A stretch of 58,530 nt of DNA, filler included, from Malassezia furfur (Eukaryota), in NCBI GenBank assembly GCA_052055015.1. It is 2 parts of 2 records of this genome, joined end to end, with 100 filler letters (N's around TTAATTAATTAA, not from the genome) between each part and the next. Parts side by side here need not be neighbours in the genome. Positions count along the whole stretch, not along the records: positions 1 to 29,230 come from JBQJIT010000106.1; 1 more part is not named here. One strand, 5' to 3'. The translations under genes were made by a program, and so were the position numbers. This document shows positions 1 through 10,495 of this stretch, in pieces. Under the pieces are notes generated by a model that was not told the DNA's origin, ran no database searches, and worked only from the letters and a program-made list of their open reading frames with translations. Numbering within the stretch: the stretch's first letter is position 1; each line of letters starts with the position of its first letter.

Positions 1-631
1 CGGACGCCGCGGGCGCGACCTGCGCCGGGGCCGACGCGGCCTCGGCGATCGCCGGCGCAGGCTTCACGTCCGGCACCACGGGGGCCGCAGTGGGCGTGGG
101 CGTCACTTGGGCAGGCTGCGGTGCGGCAAGCGCTGCGTCGTGCACGGGCTGCTCCGCAACGGGCTGTGCCTCCTCGGCCGCAGCGCTCTCGTCCTCGTCC
201 TCATCGTCCGAGAGGTAGCGGAAGATATCGTTGAGCACGTAGTATCCGTTCGGCTGCTGCGCAAGGAAGAAGGTCTGCGAGAACTTGCGCCAATTGCCGC
301 CGCGGTTGGAGAGCTCGCCGATGACCTGGATGATGATGCCACCGTCGGCAGAGGCCTGACTGTCGACGGTAGACACGTAGACCTTGGTATTCTCAAAGTT
401 GAGCGCCTGCAGGCGCTGGTGGATTTCTTGTTGGCCGAAGCTCGGCTGTGCGTCTTCCTTCTCGTCCGCGTGCACCAGCGTGCTCTTCTTCGTATAGAAG
501 CAGTGCAGGCGCGACGGGTCCTGGTTCATGCACGTATAGTACTGGGGCACGAACGTCCATCCGATCTCCGAGGCCTTGTTCGGCACCTGCGTGCCCGACA
601 CGCCATTCGCAACACCGTTGGTCTGAGACAT
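1..631 (-). CDS. NTF2-domain protein, G3BP/Bre5/Nxt3-like; 3' end runs off the window
   Basis: Manual translation from ATG 631: MSQTNG...EIGWTFVPQYYTCMNQDPSRLHCFY...GGIIIQVIGELSN...RKFSQTFFLAQQPNGYYVLNDIFRYL, then an acidic/Pro-Ala-rich linker. This is a typical G3BP-type NTF2 domain. Confidence 0.9.
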   Translation of the reverse strand, partial: MSQTNGVANGVSGTQVPNKASEIGWTFVPQYYTCMNQDPSRLHCFYTKKSTLVHADEKEDAQPSFGQQEIHQRLQALNFENTKVYVSTVDSQASADGGIIIQVIGELSNRGGNWRKFSQTFFLAQQPNGYYVLNDIFRYLSDDEDEDESAAAEEAQPVAEQPVHDAALAAPQPAQVTPTPTAAPVVPDVKPAPAIAEAASAPAQVAPAAS

Positions 632-736
632 CTTACACAAGCACGCTACACTCTTCGTGGCAGGAGGACTGCGAGACCCCACGGCCGGCCCTCGTGGTCA
701 TGTCACGTGGCACATTCGCTCGTCTAGGCCTGCCCG

Positions 737-2913
737 CTACACCGTCGCGACTATTTCCGAGGCGCTCTCGAGCGCCGCAATCATCTTGACACACTCGCGG
801 CGGCGCGCGATGACGTGGTCAGACTCCTTCATGAGATCCTTGAGTACCTCGGGCTGGTACAGCTCCTGGAGCAGCTCGCGCTGCATCGAGTCCTTGGCGT
901 GGCTCACGAGGTTGAGCATGATCGCCTTAGGGATCATGTCGATCACCGTCCGCTTCGTAATGTTGAAGTAGGACGTAATCAGCAGCTTAATCACGTCCGT
1001 CTCCATCGCCTCGCGGTCGGTGAGCGTGCCCGAAGCCTTCAGACTCGGCGGCGGCGCCTCCATCGCGCCCTTTTTCGCGGCCGTGCGGTTCTTGTTCGGG
1101 AAGAAGGAGCCAAAGAAGCCGCCCGACTCCTTGATGTCCACGTCGAGGTCCTTGTTGTTGTTTGCCAGACCCGGCGGGATGGGGCGTCCACTGCGGTACT
1201 CGGGCGTGGGCGCGGCATTGTTCTGCGACGCATTCAAACGCTCGCTCACGATCGCCAGCGCCTTGTGGCCCGACAAAAAGTCGGGGTGGCCCGTGTTCAA
1301 GTAGCACGCCTCGGATGCAATTATGTCGCTCACGAGCTTGGTCGTCGGCGCCATGCACCGCTTGAAGAACTGGATTACCACCAGGTTGAAGCGCTCACGT
1401 AGCGCAGGGAAGCGACGGAACGCGGCATTCTTCGAGAGCAGCTGCGACAAAATGCGCACCAGTTCATCGTACACCAGCGAGCAGCACTTGATGCTCGGGT
1501 CCTCAAGGCGCTTGATCTGTTGCTTGACAATCACCTCGAATGCCGTCGTCCCCACGAAGAGCGCCGGCGACGAGCCGGACGAGTTGTAGAGGATCGTGCG
1601 GATGTCGGCGTCCTTGACGTTGTCAAACGGATCGATCGCCTTGACACCGTTGCTGAACAGCTCGTGGAATACGAAGCTGATACGTGCACCGCCTGCCAGC
1701 TCGTTCACGCTCAGGTCATTGCTGTTCCCATCGATCACCGTGCGGAACTCGTTGCAGAAGTCGGTGATGATCGACAGCACAGCACCAGCGCTGTTCTGCT
1801 CACCGTGCGATCCGCCGAGCGCCTGCAGCTCCATCTGGAACTTGGAGAGCTGCGTCTGGATCTTGGTCTTGATGTCCGGCAGCGTGCTCCGGATGTGGTG
1901 CATCAGGATCGTGTTGAGTTTCCGCGCCAAGAAGGGCGTACCGCAATAGGCCGCCTTGCTCTGGTAGCTGGGGTGGCTCTCGAAGAAGTTGCGCTCGGCC
2001 TCGAGCGCATCCGCAACGCGCTTCCTGTTGTCAATGTCGCGCTGGCCACGGTTCACCACAGGAACGTAGCCCAGACGCAGCGGAATGACACGGCCAGCCA
2101 GGATGTCGACCACGTCGGTGCCCGCATCCATCAGGTCCACCTTGGTCAGCACACCAACCGTGCGCGTGCCATCGGGGTCAACCTCAGCAGCGAGCTTCAG
2201 ACCGTCCGAATTGGCCAAGTCGGTGTTGGCCGCCGTCACGGCGAGGATCACCGCATTGGGCTTGGCGATGAACTTGTACACCATATCGCGGATCTGGCGC
2301 TCGATGTCGCGCGGCTGGTCGCCCACCGGGTTTTTGGTCAGACCAGGCAGGTCCACCAGCGTAAGGGTCAGCACGTGGGGGCTGTAGATGCGCAAGTTGA
2401 TCGGTGCCGAGCTGATCCCTGCGTTCTTGCCCGTCTTGGCCTCGGTGTCGCGCACAATCTCCTCGCGGATCTTGTCAAAGTCGTAGAACTTTTCGCCGGG
2501 CAGGTGAAGAAACTCGCCCCATTCGTTGGGGTTCGTCGCATTGTCACCACGCGGCTCGATCTCACCATTGTCCGGCACGCGGTGGATGAGCTGCAACACG
2601 AGCGGACGACGCGTCACAATGCCAGTGCCACGCGGCAGGAAGTCCCGCCCAACAATGTTCTCCAGCACACTGCTTTTACCCGACGACTGGCTGCCAAGCA
2701 CCGTGATCTGCGGCAGATCAATGGGGTTTTGGATGCCGACCTGGCGTGAGTGGCGGTTTGGTACGTACGTTGGTGAACGCATCTTGTAGCTGTGCGGTGA
2801 GTGGGGGTGCAACGTACCTTGTTAACAAGCTCTGTTCAGGCCCACAGGGACCATGTGTTAGTACCGCACTCGCCACGCGTCCATCAGTACGCACTAATCA
2901 ATGACTGGTCCAT
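737..2913 (-). CDS. VPS1: Dynamin-like GTPase Vps1; exons 2913-2895, 2831-2818, 2789-2769, 2740-737
   Basis: [13 protein letters not shown] and TKVD motifs plus middle and GED domains. Splicing three GT-AG introns (63, 28, 28 nt) gives the conserved start [30 protein letters not shown]. Confidence 0.96.
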
Positions 2914-3058
2914 CGCGACAATACACGCTCCGCAACGTCTCGATGGCGGAGTAGGGCCACGTTGCGCACTAGAAGGCGCGGCCTCGGACCGCCGACCCCA
3001 GCGTGTATGGGAATGATGCGACTGCATATATCCGCAACCCTAGGACCCTCCCCACAGC

Positions 3059-4125
3059 ATGACCTCCACCTTGGTTGATGTAGGTCGCCGCCGCACTGAC
3101 GCAGGGTACGGTGCTCGGCTCACCGCAGCACATTGTCATCCCACCGAGGAACTGCGGCATGGAAAAGAATGGGAGGAGTGGATTGACGAAGTAAGGCGCG
3201 TCGACCTGCACCAGATCTGCGTCATGTCCACGGATATGGTGGACCAACCCCGCGTTGCGGAATTGGCGCGCACGGTGGACGACGGCAAGGTTGTGCCTTG
3301 CTTTGGTAGGTGATGCGCTTACCCAAAGGATACCACCCATGGGCAGCGCATACCATCTCGCTCGAGAAGACGCCAAATTCCCGCGCCCACTATGCTCGCC
3401 TGTTTGGCGAGGCCCAGGACGAAGAGACAGCCGCGCTGTACGACTCCCTGCCCGCGCCAACGCCGCTCTCGGATGCCCTTGAACAGCTGCGTATGCATCT
3501 CGAAGCCTTCCCCCATGCCCTCGTGGGGGAGGTCGGGCTTGACCGCAGTTTTCGGCTCCCAGACCCGCGCGTCGGTGGACGCCAACTCACGCGACTCCAG
3601 ACGCCCATCGACCACCAGCTCGCGGTGCTGCGGCCTCAGGTGCAGCTGGCGTGTGTGCTGGGGCGCAGTGTCAGCATGCACAGTGTTCGGGCAGCTGGCC
3701 AAACGACGGCATTCCTGGACGAGATGCGTAAGGAGAAAGGATTTGCCAGCATTGGTACGTCGGTGCCCTGACGCCAGGTCTCGTGCTGCACAGCTGCACA
3801 CTGAGCCCTGAAAGTATCCGTGGTGTGCAACAGACGCACCCCAACGTGTACATTTCATTTTCTACGTGCGTGCCTATCCTGACACAGAACCATCAACCAT
3901 CGTCAAAAGAACCTCGACGCGCAAATCGCGGCGTGTGATCTGGACCGTGTCTTGAGTGAGTCCGACCAGAACTGCTGTGCCGAGTTGGCGCGAAGTGTGA
4001 ACGATGTCGTTGCGCTGATGGCGCGAGTACGGGGAGAAGATCCCGCCGCGTTGGGCGTTCGGCTGACCGAAAACTTCCGTGTGTTTCGAAGAGACAAGCA
4101 CGCATCTAAGGACCAGGCACTATAA
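3059..4125 (+). CDS. TatD-family metallo-hydrolase/DNase (Scn1-like); predicted introns 3080-3104, 3106-3128, 3306-3328, 3755-3777, 3866-3887
   Basis: Spliced product carries TatD motifs LVDAHCHP, CFGYHPW, VGEVGLD, SMHSVRA, LHS, NVYISFS and LSESD. Stop TAA at 4123-4125. Confidence 0.88.
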
Positions 4126-4263
4126 ACTGGATAGTCTTGAAACGAGCGTAGCAACTGGCGAAAGAGGATGGTGCGGCCCAGGAGTTGGTATCGGGGCTGG
4201 TGCAGATGGATCATTACATTAGCAAGAGAGGGTCACGCATCAAATGAGAGCGGGAATGCGCAG

Positions 4264-5914
4264 TTAGGCCTGGGTAGTGCATGAGTATCCCGCAGGTTGG
4301 AGGGATGGGGGGGACGGATGGGCAGACAGAAACGCATGGTGGTTACGCAGAGCCCAGTTGCGAGCATAGATGCTGGCCTTGAGGAATTTTTTGCTCGCAT
4401 ATTTCTTGTACACGAACTGCGCCTCAAAGCCAGGCTCGATCAGGCGCTCAAGCAGCAAGCAAGCGCCCGGGATCAGTTGCTCTTCGCAAAAGTGCGAATA
4501 GTAGACAAATGCGTTGTCCCAGACGCCACCCAGCATGCGCTTTGCGAGATACATACCGATTGCCGCGATGAGACTTGGCCGCGCGCGCAAAAAGCAATGG
4601 TTGAGGAGCGTCACCTCCATGAGGAACTTGCACAGAGTGCGGGTTTGAATGTCGTAGTCATCTGCCTTGGAGATGCGCCGCACCCACGAGTACGGCGAGC
4701 AGTAGGTAGAGACGTTGAAGTCAAGCGTAGACAGCACGATACGCTCGCCCTTGAGGATCTCTTCGCGCGAGTAGCCGTTCTCGGTCATGAACACAAACTC
4801 TTCCACGCTGGGTGCCAAAATTTCTTCGTACTTGGCCGCAATAAACATGGCCGTGACACCGACGAGCTGCAGCTTGGCGAGGCTCACAATACGCGCACTC
4901 AGGAAGCGGTCGACCAGGTTGACCGCGATCCATAGCGTCTCTGGAAGCATGTGGTAGCGCATGTGCACCTGGAGAAGCCAGTCGATCAGCGTTGCACGCA
5001 TGTGCCACTGGATCTCGTCCTGGAAGTCCATATAGTTGGGGTTCGCCATAGATTCGCGCTCGCAGCACGCCATATACTCAAAGATGTCGGCAGCATACTC
5101 AGCGACCATGCTCGCGTCGCGTGCCTCTTCCGGGTCCAGACCCATACGCATGATCTCGTCGTCAAGTGCTGCCGCGGCCGGATCAAGCTCACCGCGCTGA
5201 ACGAGCTCACGACGCTCGGCCTGTGCGGCAAGTGCCTGCGGCACGAGCACCGTCTTTTCGAACTCTTCGCAAATATCGGCGACGCGCTGCTGCGCTTCCA
5301 GTTCGTACTCGAGTGGAAGGGTGACGAGCCCAGTGGGATCAACGTCGAGCTCAAGCACAGCGAGTGCCTCACTGTCCTCGGTCGCGAGGCTCTCAGTCGA
5401 GCGCGAGGCGCTCACCCGCTCGTCCAAAGAGGACTGCGACGAGAGAGAGGAGTGAGTGTGCGGTTCGCCGACGGTGCCTAGCGCACCCGGCTCGGTCGAC
5501 ATTGAGATATCCTGCGTCGAGAAGGATTCGGACGCAATGGGCAGCGCCGCGCCGCCCGGGACCACGTCGGCCTTCGCGGCGGTCTGTGTGCCGGAGTGGG
5601 AGAGCGTGATGCGGCTGCCATGGCGAGTCGCATCTGCCTGTTGTCCTGTCGGTGCCTCGCCTTGGCTTGGGAATACGCCAGCCGTCGGCGGCAGTGGGAG
5701 CGGTCCACGCTTGGCGTCTTTCAGCTTGCCGGGCGGGGCGAGAGGCTGGGTCAGCAAACGAACGCGGCCGTACCTGCTGGTGGGGATCACGGTTGCTCAC
5801 ATCAGCCAGCGCGGCGCGCTGTCCACGCGGCTGTGCGATCTGCTTCGCGTTGGGAATGAGTGAGGGCGGCGCCGCACCGAGGCGGGCCGGGCGCACACGA
5901 GAGGTAGGATCCAT
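4264..5914 (-). CDS. G2/M B-type cyclin; intron 5746-5773; start codon tentative
   Basis: Cyclin box MRATLIDWLLQVH...KLQLVGVTAMFIAAKYEE. An N-terminal destruction box RAALADVSN is joined in frame by a 28-nt intron. Confidence 0.92.
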
Positions 5915-6650
5915 CGATGCCGGGTACGACGGTTCAGAAAGTACACGATCGGTGCCAAGAATGGAAGATCAGCACAGTCACGGAACGAGAGATGGACACG
6001 TTGCGCGTATGCTGAGGCTCTGCACGCACACGATGCAACGAGGGAGGGGGCTGTAGGGACACGAGCGTAGCACAGCGGACGGACGGGGAGAACAGCAATC
6101 CCCCGTTGAGCACTACTCGGTGGACCGCGAGCCTCGGTTTGAAGTCCAATCCGCGGCGCACCTGGCTGGTCAATTGGACGTGCTGGCTAAGTTGACTCTC
6201 CGTCTACGCGTGCGTGTCTGAATTGACTGCAGCTACACACGGTGCATCACAATGCCAGGCCAGCGCAAATTGTCAACATCTTTGGAATCCGAAATCAAAA
6301 TACCCTTGGCTGCATTCGCCAATCGGTTCCACGGGTCGCACGAACCGCCGCCGTCCGCTCGCAGCGCACGTCACACCGTCGCGGACAGGCGCCATGCGAC
6401 TGCCCTAGGTCCGTTCGTGGAATGCGCTAACTCGGATGATCTATCGCCGCAACACGACACTTCGGCTGCATGGCTGCAGATCACTGCAGCCAGTGATATG
6501 CGAGAATATGCCGAAGACTTCCCCAAGCATCAGTGTGATAGCGCCGATCCGCGTAGGTCACGTGCAGGGCCGCGTCGGCTGCGAAGCCCTCGCGCCTAGA
6601 CGCCCGTGCCCGGGTGGAGGCAAGGCTCGCCGCGACGCGCTCCAAAGGCC

Positions 6651-7230
6651 ATGGCACGTAGATCGGCGGCGCATGGCCGTTCGATGCCGCTGCGCGCGCG
6701 AGCGCGAGCGCAGCCGGCGCGTGCTGTATCGGAGGCAGAAACTGCCGCACGCCGAGAACGCAATGCAATCCTCGGACAGCAACGACGTCATCGGCGCCTT
6801 CTGGAATTAGGCGCGACGTGCTTCCCAACGGAGCGCACCGCGCTGCAGGAACCCACGGTAGCTGCGGAGCAGGCCATATCGCATGTGCTCTTGCAGTCTG
6901 CTTCGGACGCCAATGCGCCTCCGGTCGCTGCGGACAAGCAGCTGAACAAGACGACGCCTGCCGTGCGCCGCTTGCTGCAGGCGCGCCGCGGCGCCAACGC
7001 ACTGCTGGACGAGGCTGCGAGCTTGGGGCATCTGCAGACCATGCCTGCGTTTCTGCTAGGCAGGCCCACCTATCCTTCGCGGCCGTTATGCGCCGTGTGT
7101 GGCTACTGGGGCGACGCACGCTGCATGGCCTGTGGCGAGCGCTACTGCAGCAACCGCTGTGGCCAAAGGTACGTACAGCCTACCCTGACCCAGCCACAAG
7201 GAGACCCGCTGCGACCGCGCGATCCACTAA
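6651..7230 (+). CDS. VPS71: zf-HIT protein, SWR1 complex subunit Vps71/Swc6/ZNHIT1-like; intron 7169-7193
   Basis: PSRPLCAVCGYWGDARCMACGERYCSNRC, continuing as (S)HKETRC after a 25-nt intron. This is the HIT zinc finger typical of ZNHIT1. Confidence 0.8.
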
Positions 7231-9383
7231 GCGTCCGCCGGCATGCCTCGCGTAAAGCTGGGACTTTTTTCGAGCCACCAGCGCATACCCTCTTCCCGTG
7301 TCGAGGTATTCATATCCCCCAGCGCCGCAAACGTGGCTTCGACAAGCTCAGTGCGCGCCGCGCTAGCCTCGGGAAGCATGAGGATCTGCGCACTGACCTT
7401 GTTGAGCAGCGAGCGGAGCAAGACGAGGTTCACGTGCGAGATGAGCGACGCCAGGCAGCGCGCCAGCACCAGAGTGCGGTCGTGCTGCCCCGCCATGCGC
7501 GCCTGGCTCAGCTCGCCACTGAGCTGCTCCACACACCACCATGCCAGTGAGTCGCTCCGGTCCGATAGCGAGGCGACCACGGTGGTGAGGACCGTATGGA
7601 GCTGCGTGTCGTTGAGGTGGCTGGGGTAGCTGCCAAGCAGCAACTGTACATAGAAGGGCGTCAAGTCCAGCGTACACGGACTTTGCACGCTAAATAGCGC
7701 CAATACCACCGAATGCGCCGACTCGAACGCGTCCTGAAACGTCGTGTCCTCCAAGTAGGGGCGGCAGATGGGCAAGAGCAGGCGGTCCACCATGGCCTCG
7801 GGGACGTCGCTCACGAGCTGCTCGGCAACGAGCAAAAAGTAGGTCGTGTGGATGCGTTGCGCGTAGTCCGCGCCCTGCGCGGTGACCGCCTCGGGCGATA
7901 CCCCGCGGAATACGGCGGTGGCGAGCGCCGCCGTGAGCTGCGTGCATGTTTCGGGGTCCCGGCCGATAACGTCGAGCGCAGAGTAGAACACTTTGCGGTA
8001 CGACTCGAAGCCATCCAGGCCAAATTGCGACGTGATGAAGTAGTAGGGTAAGTAGATGTGGACCACGTCGGTGATCACATGCAAATAGGGCAGCGGAGTA
8101 TTGCTGGTGGCCATCGCGGGGTAGCCGGTCGGCGACACGGCGTTGCGAGGGGGGGCGTACGTCTCGCTCGGCGAGGGGCACTGTTCGACCACCGCTTCGA
8201 CCACTGCGTCTAGCACCATCGTCACAGCGAACAGCAGCGTTTTCATGACCTGCCAGAGCGCCTTGGTCCATGCGCGGCTTGCCGGCTCAATGGCATCGAT
8301 TTCCGCGCCCGCCAGCGGGCTGCTGCACCAGGCGGCGTCGAGCTGGGTGCCGATACGCTGCAGCGCGGGCAGGAGGTGGGAGTCCTTTTCCCCCAACGCG
8401 TCTTCTACATCCGCAGGCGTAAGCGCAGTGCACTGCCGCCGGAGCGCAGCAGCCAACAGGCGCGATACGGGACCCGCGAGAGGATAGAGAGGGTGCGCTT
8501 CGACGCGGGACGCCCACCGCACGCACGGTGCATCGGCCGGCACGTGGATGCCTTGAGCCGAGCGTGTGACCGAGTCCATCAGGCCATCGAAGTGCACGAG
8601 TGAGTCGGCGCATCCAAAGATGTCTAGCAAGGCCGGGAGTGCGGTGTTGATCCAGGCGCGGTCCTCGATGCGCTGTAGCCGAGACTCGGGCACCAGGTCG
8701 ATGCACTGCGCAGCGAGCGCGACCGTGGCAAGACGGGCGCCGCGCACAGAACGCGGATCATGTTCCTCCCCGAGGAATGCCAGCTGTTCGACACAGTAGT
8801 CTGCCCACTCCCGCTGCAGTGTCGACGCGAGCGAGCGCAGGTGAAGCGGCGCGCCGGCAGACGCCTTCTTGGCTTGCCGGCGCTCCTGCCGAGCGGCCTC
8901 GACGCCACGAAGCAGTCCCGTAACAACAGCGAGTCGCGGGATGAGCATGGTGGTGCGTGGCCCCTGTGTGTCGATGCCCTTCTCGATCCCCTCGAACACG
9001 GCCCGGACCCATTTGCGCAGGTCGTTCCCAGCCCGTTCAGGGGAGTGACGCGCGACGTTTTCCAATATGAGGCGAATGCGCTCGTCCGTAGCAAAGATGA
9101 GTGCCTGTGTGATAGACATGGCACGGTTCACCAGGACTTGAGTCGCATCGGACGCCGGGGTCCACAGCGACGGCGACGTGGCGATGACCTCGGCGAACTC
9201 GCGGACGTTGGGGAGCGCCATCGCCGACAAGTAAAAGCCGATCGACCCATACAGAGCATTCCTATCCATCGCCTCGAGCTGATCTGAGTTGGTCGGCGCC
9301 GACAGAAGTAGCCGCCGGAGCGACTGGTACGCCGCATCGCTCCCAGTCGGTGTCCGCCTGGGCATCTGGGGTAGCGTCACCAT
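7227..9383 (-). CDS. PEX8: Probable peroxin Pex8 (all-helical); start could be the ATG about 6 codons downstream
   Basis: 718-aa ORF with segments recalled from filamentous-fungal Pex8 (TSPSLW, YFITSQFG, FESAHSVVLALF, PFYVQLL). Family assigned from memory. Confidence 0.65.
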   Translation of the reverse strand: MVTLPQMPRRTPTGSDAAYQSLRRLLLSAPTNSDQLEAMDRNALYGSIGFYLSAMALPNVREFAEVIATSPSLWTPASDATQVLVNRAMSITQALIFATDERIRLILENVARHSPERAGNDLRKWVRAVFEGIEKGIDTQGPRTTMLIPRLAVVTGLLRGVEAARQERRQAKKASAGAPLHLRSLASTLQREWADYCVEQLAFLGEEHDPRSVRGARLATVALAAQCIDLVPESRLQRIEDRAWINTALPALLDIFGCADSLVHFDGLMDSVTRSAQGIHVPADAPCVRWASRVEAHPLYPLAGPVSRLLAAALRRQCTALTPADVEDALGEKDSHLLPALQRIGTQLDAAWCSSPLAGAEIDAIEPASRAWTKALWQVMKTLLFAVTMVLDAVVEAVVEQCPSPSETYAPPRNAVSPTGYPAMATSNTPLPYLHVITDVVHIYLPYYFITSQFGLDGFESYRKVFYSALDVIGRDPETCTQLTAALATAVFRGVSPEAVTAQGADYAQRIHTTYFLLVAEQLVSDVPEAMVDRLLLPICRPYLEDTTFQDAFESAHSVVLALFSVQSPCTLDLTPFYVQLLLGSYPSHLNDTQLHTVLTTVVASLSDRSDSLAWWCVEQLSGELSQARMAGQHDRTLVLARCLASLISHVNLVLLRSLLNKVSAQILMLPEASAARTELVEATFAALGDMNTSTREEGMRWWLEKSPSFTRGMPADA

Positions 9384-9442
9384 GGTCGTCGCACGTGTAT
9401 GTGGAGGGTGGATGCGCGAAATCGGGCAAATTTCCTCCTAGC

Positions 9443-10390
9443 ATGCCGAAACGGCCCCCGGCGACGCCGAGCCGGCGAGCAGCCAACTCGCCGTTTGCCA
9501 AACTGGCGGAGAACACGGCATCGCCATCGAGCACACCGCCACACGGGGGCGCGAGTAAAGTTGGCTCTCCACGGACGGTGCCGGAGCCGCGCGATCCACA
9601 TGACGCGTTCTTGATACCACGCACTGCCGAGCAGACATACCACCGGCGTCTTCGCGCGCTCTTACAAGACTTTCTAAAGGAAGCGACGGCATGGGAGGAG
9701 GAACATACCCTAGAAGGGATCAAGTGGGCATCGGACGCAAAGCAGACATGGGAGGAGATTAGCAAGTATGTGACCCCACTGACCCCAGCCTGCTGCGGCC
9801 CACCAACACCGATACACAGTCCGCCCGTGATGACGAGCAAATACGATCCAGTGTGGTGCCGCTCTTGCAAAATCTCGAACAGGCGAGTGCCCAGCTCACG
9901 AAAATGCTCGATCGGCTAGTACGTCGCTTCTCCACGCTTACCCCTCCAGCGCAAGCACAATGCCAAGATCAGTGCACTCGCCGACATGGGGACCGACCTC
10001 CTGATCGAGACCGCAGACGGCGGGCGCGATGCGCTCGCATTTTCGCAGCCCATGTGGGCTACGTGGACGATGGAACAGTTTGGTACGTGTGTTCACCAGG
10101 GATCGGTTGTCATTAATACAGTTCTCGCACTACGCAGTCTATCTCTTCAATACGCTGTGTCCACGACCGAGATCGCAGCGCTGATTCCCAACCTATGCCG
10201 GCCGTTCGACGATCCTGACATGCTCCGCAAGCGGCGAGAGGCACTCGAAACGTTTGTCCGCCTACCGCATCTCCATCCCTCTGGACTCTCTAGCGCAGCA
10301 CCCGCCTTTGCCTCGGATGCGAGCCTGGTGACAGGAGCGAGCCGGCACTTTCTGGAAAACGTGTGCGAGGTGGAAGTGCGGGGTTGGTAG
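9443..10390 (+). CDS. Helical protein, possible CINP homologue; introns 9766-9788, 9919-9949 and probably 10083-10121
   Basis: Three ORF pieces joined in frame by GT-AG introns with branch-like motifs. See finding for the CINP resemblance. Confidence 0.75.
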
Positions 10391-10495
10391 GTAGTTCCCC
10401 CCGATCGTTCCGTATCGGGCGCTCCACCCGAAGACAAAGGAGGGCGTGGACAAAGCGTCGTGAAGACGCAGCGCTCCGGCTGTCTTTTGTACGAG

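Noticed and set aside
5915..6650. Small ORFs in the cyclin/VPS71 divergent interval
   Set aside because: No motifs or coding-like bias. The interval has CCAAT and ACGCGT elements consistent with a regulated cyclin promoter.
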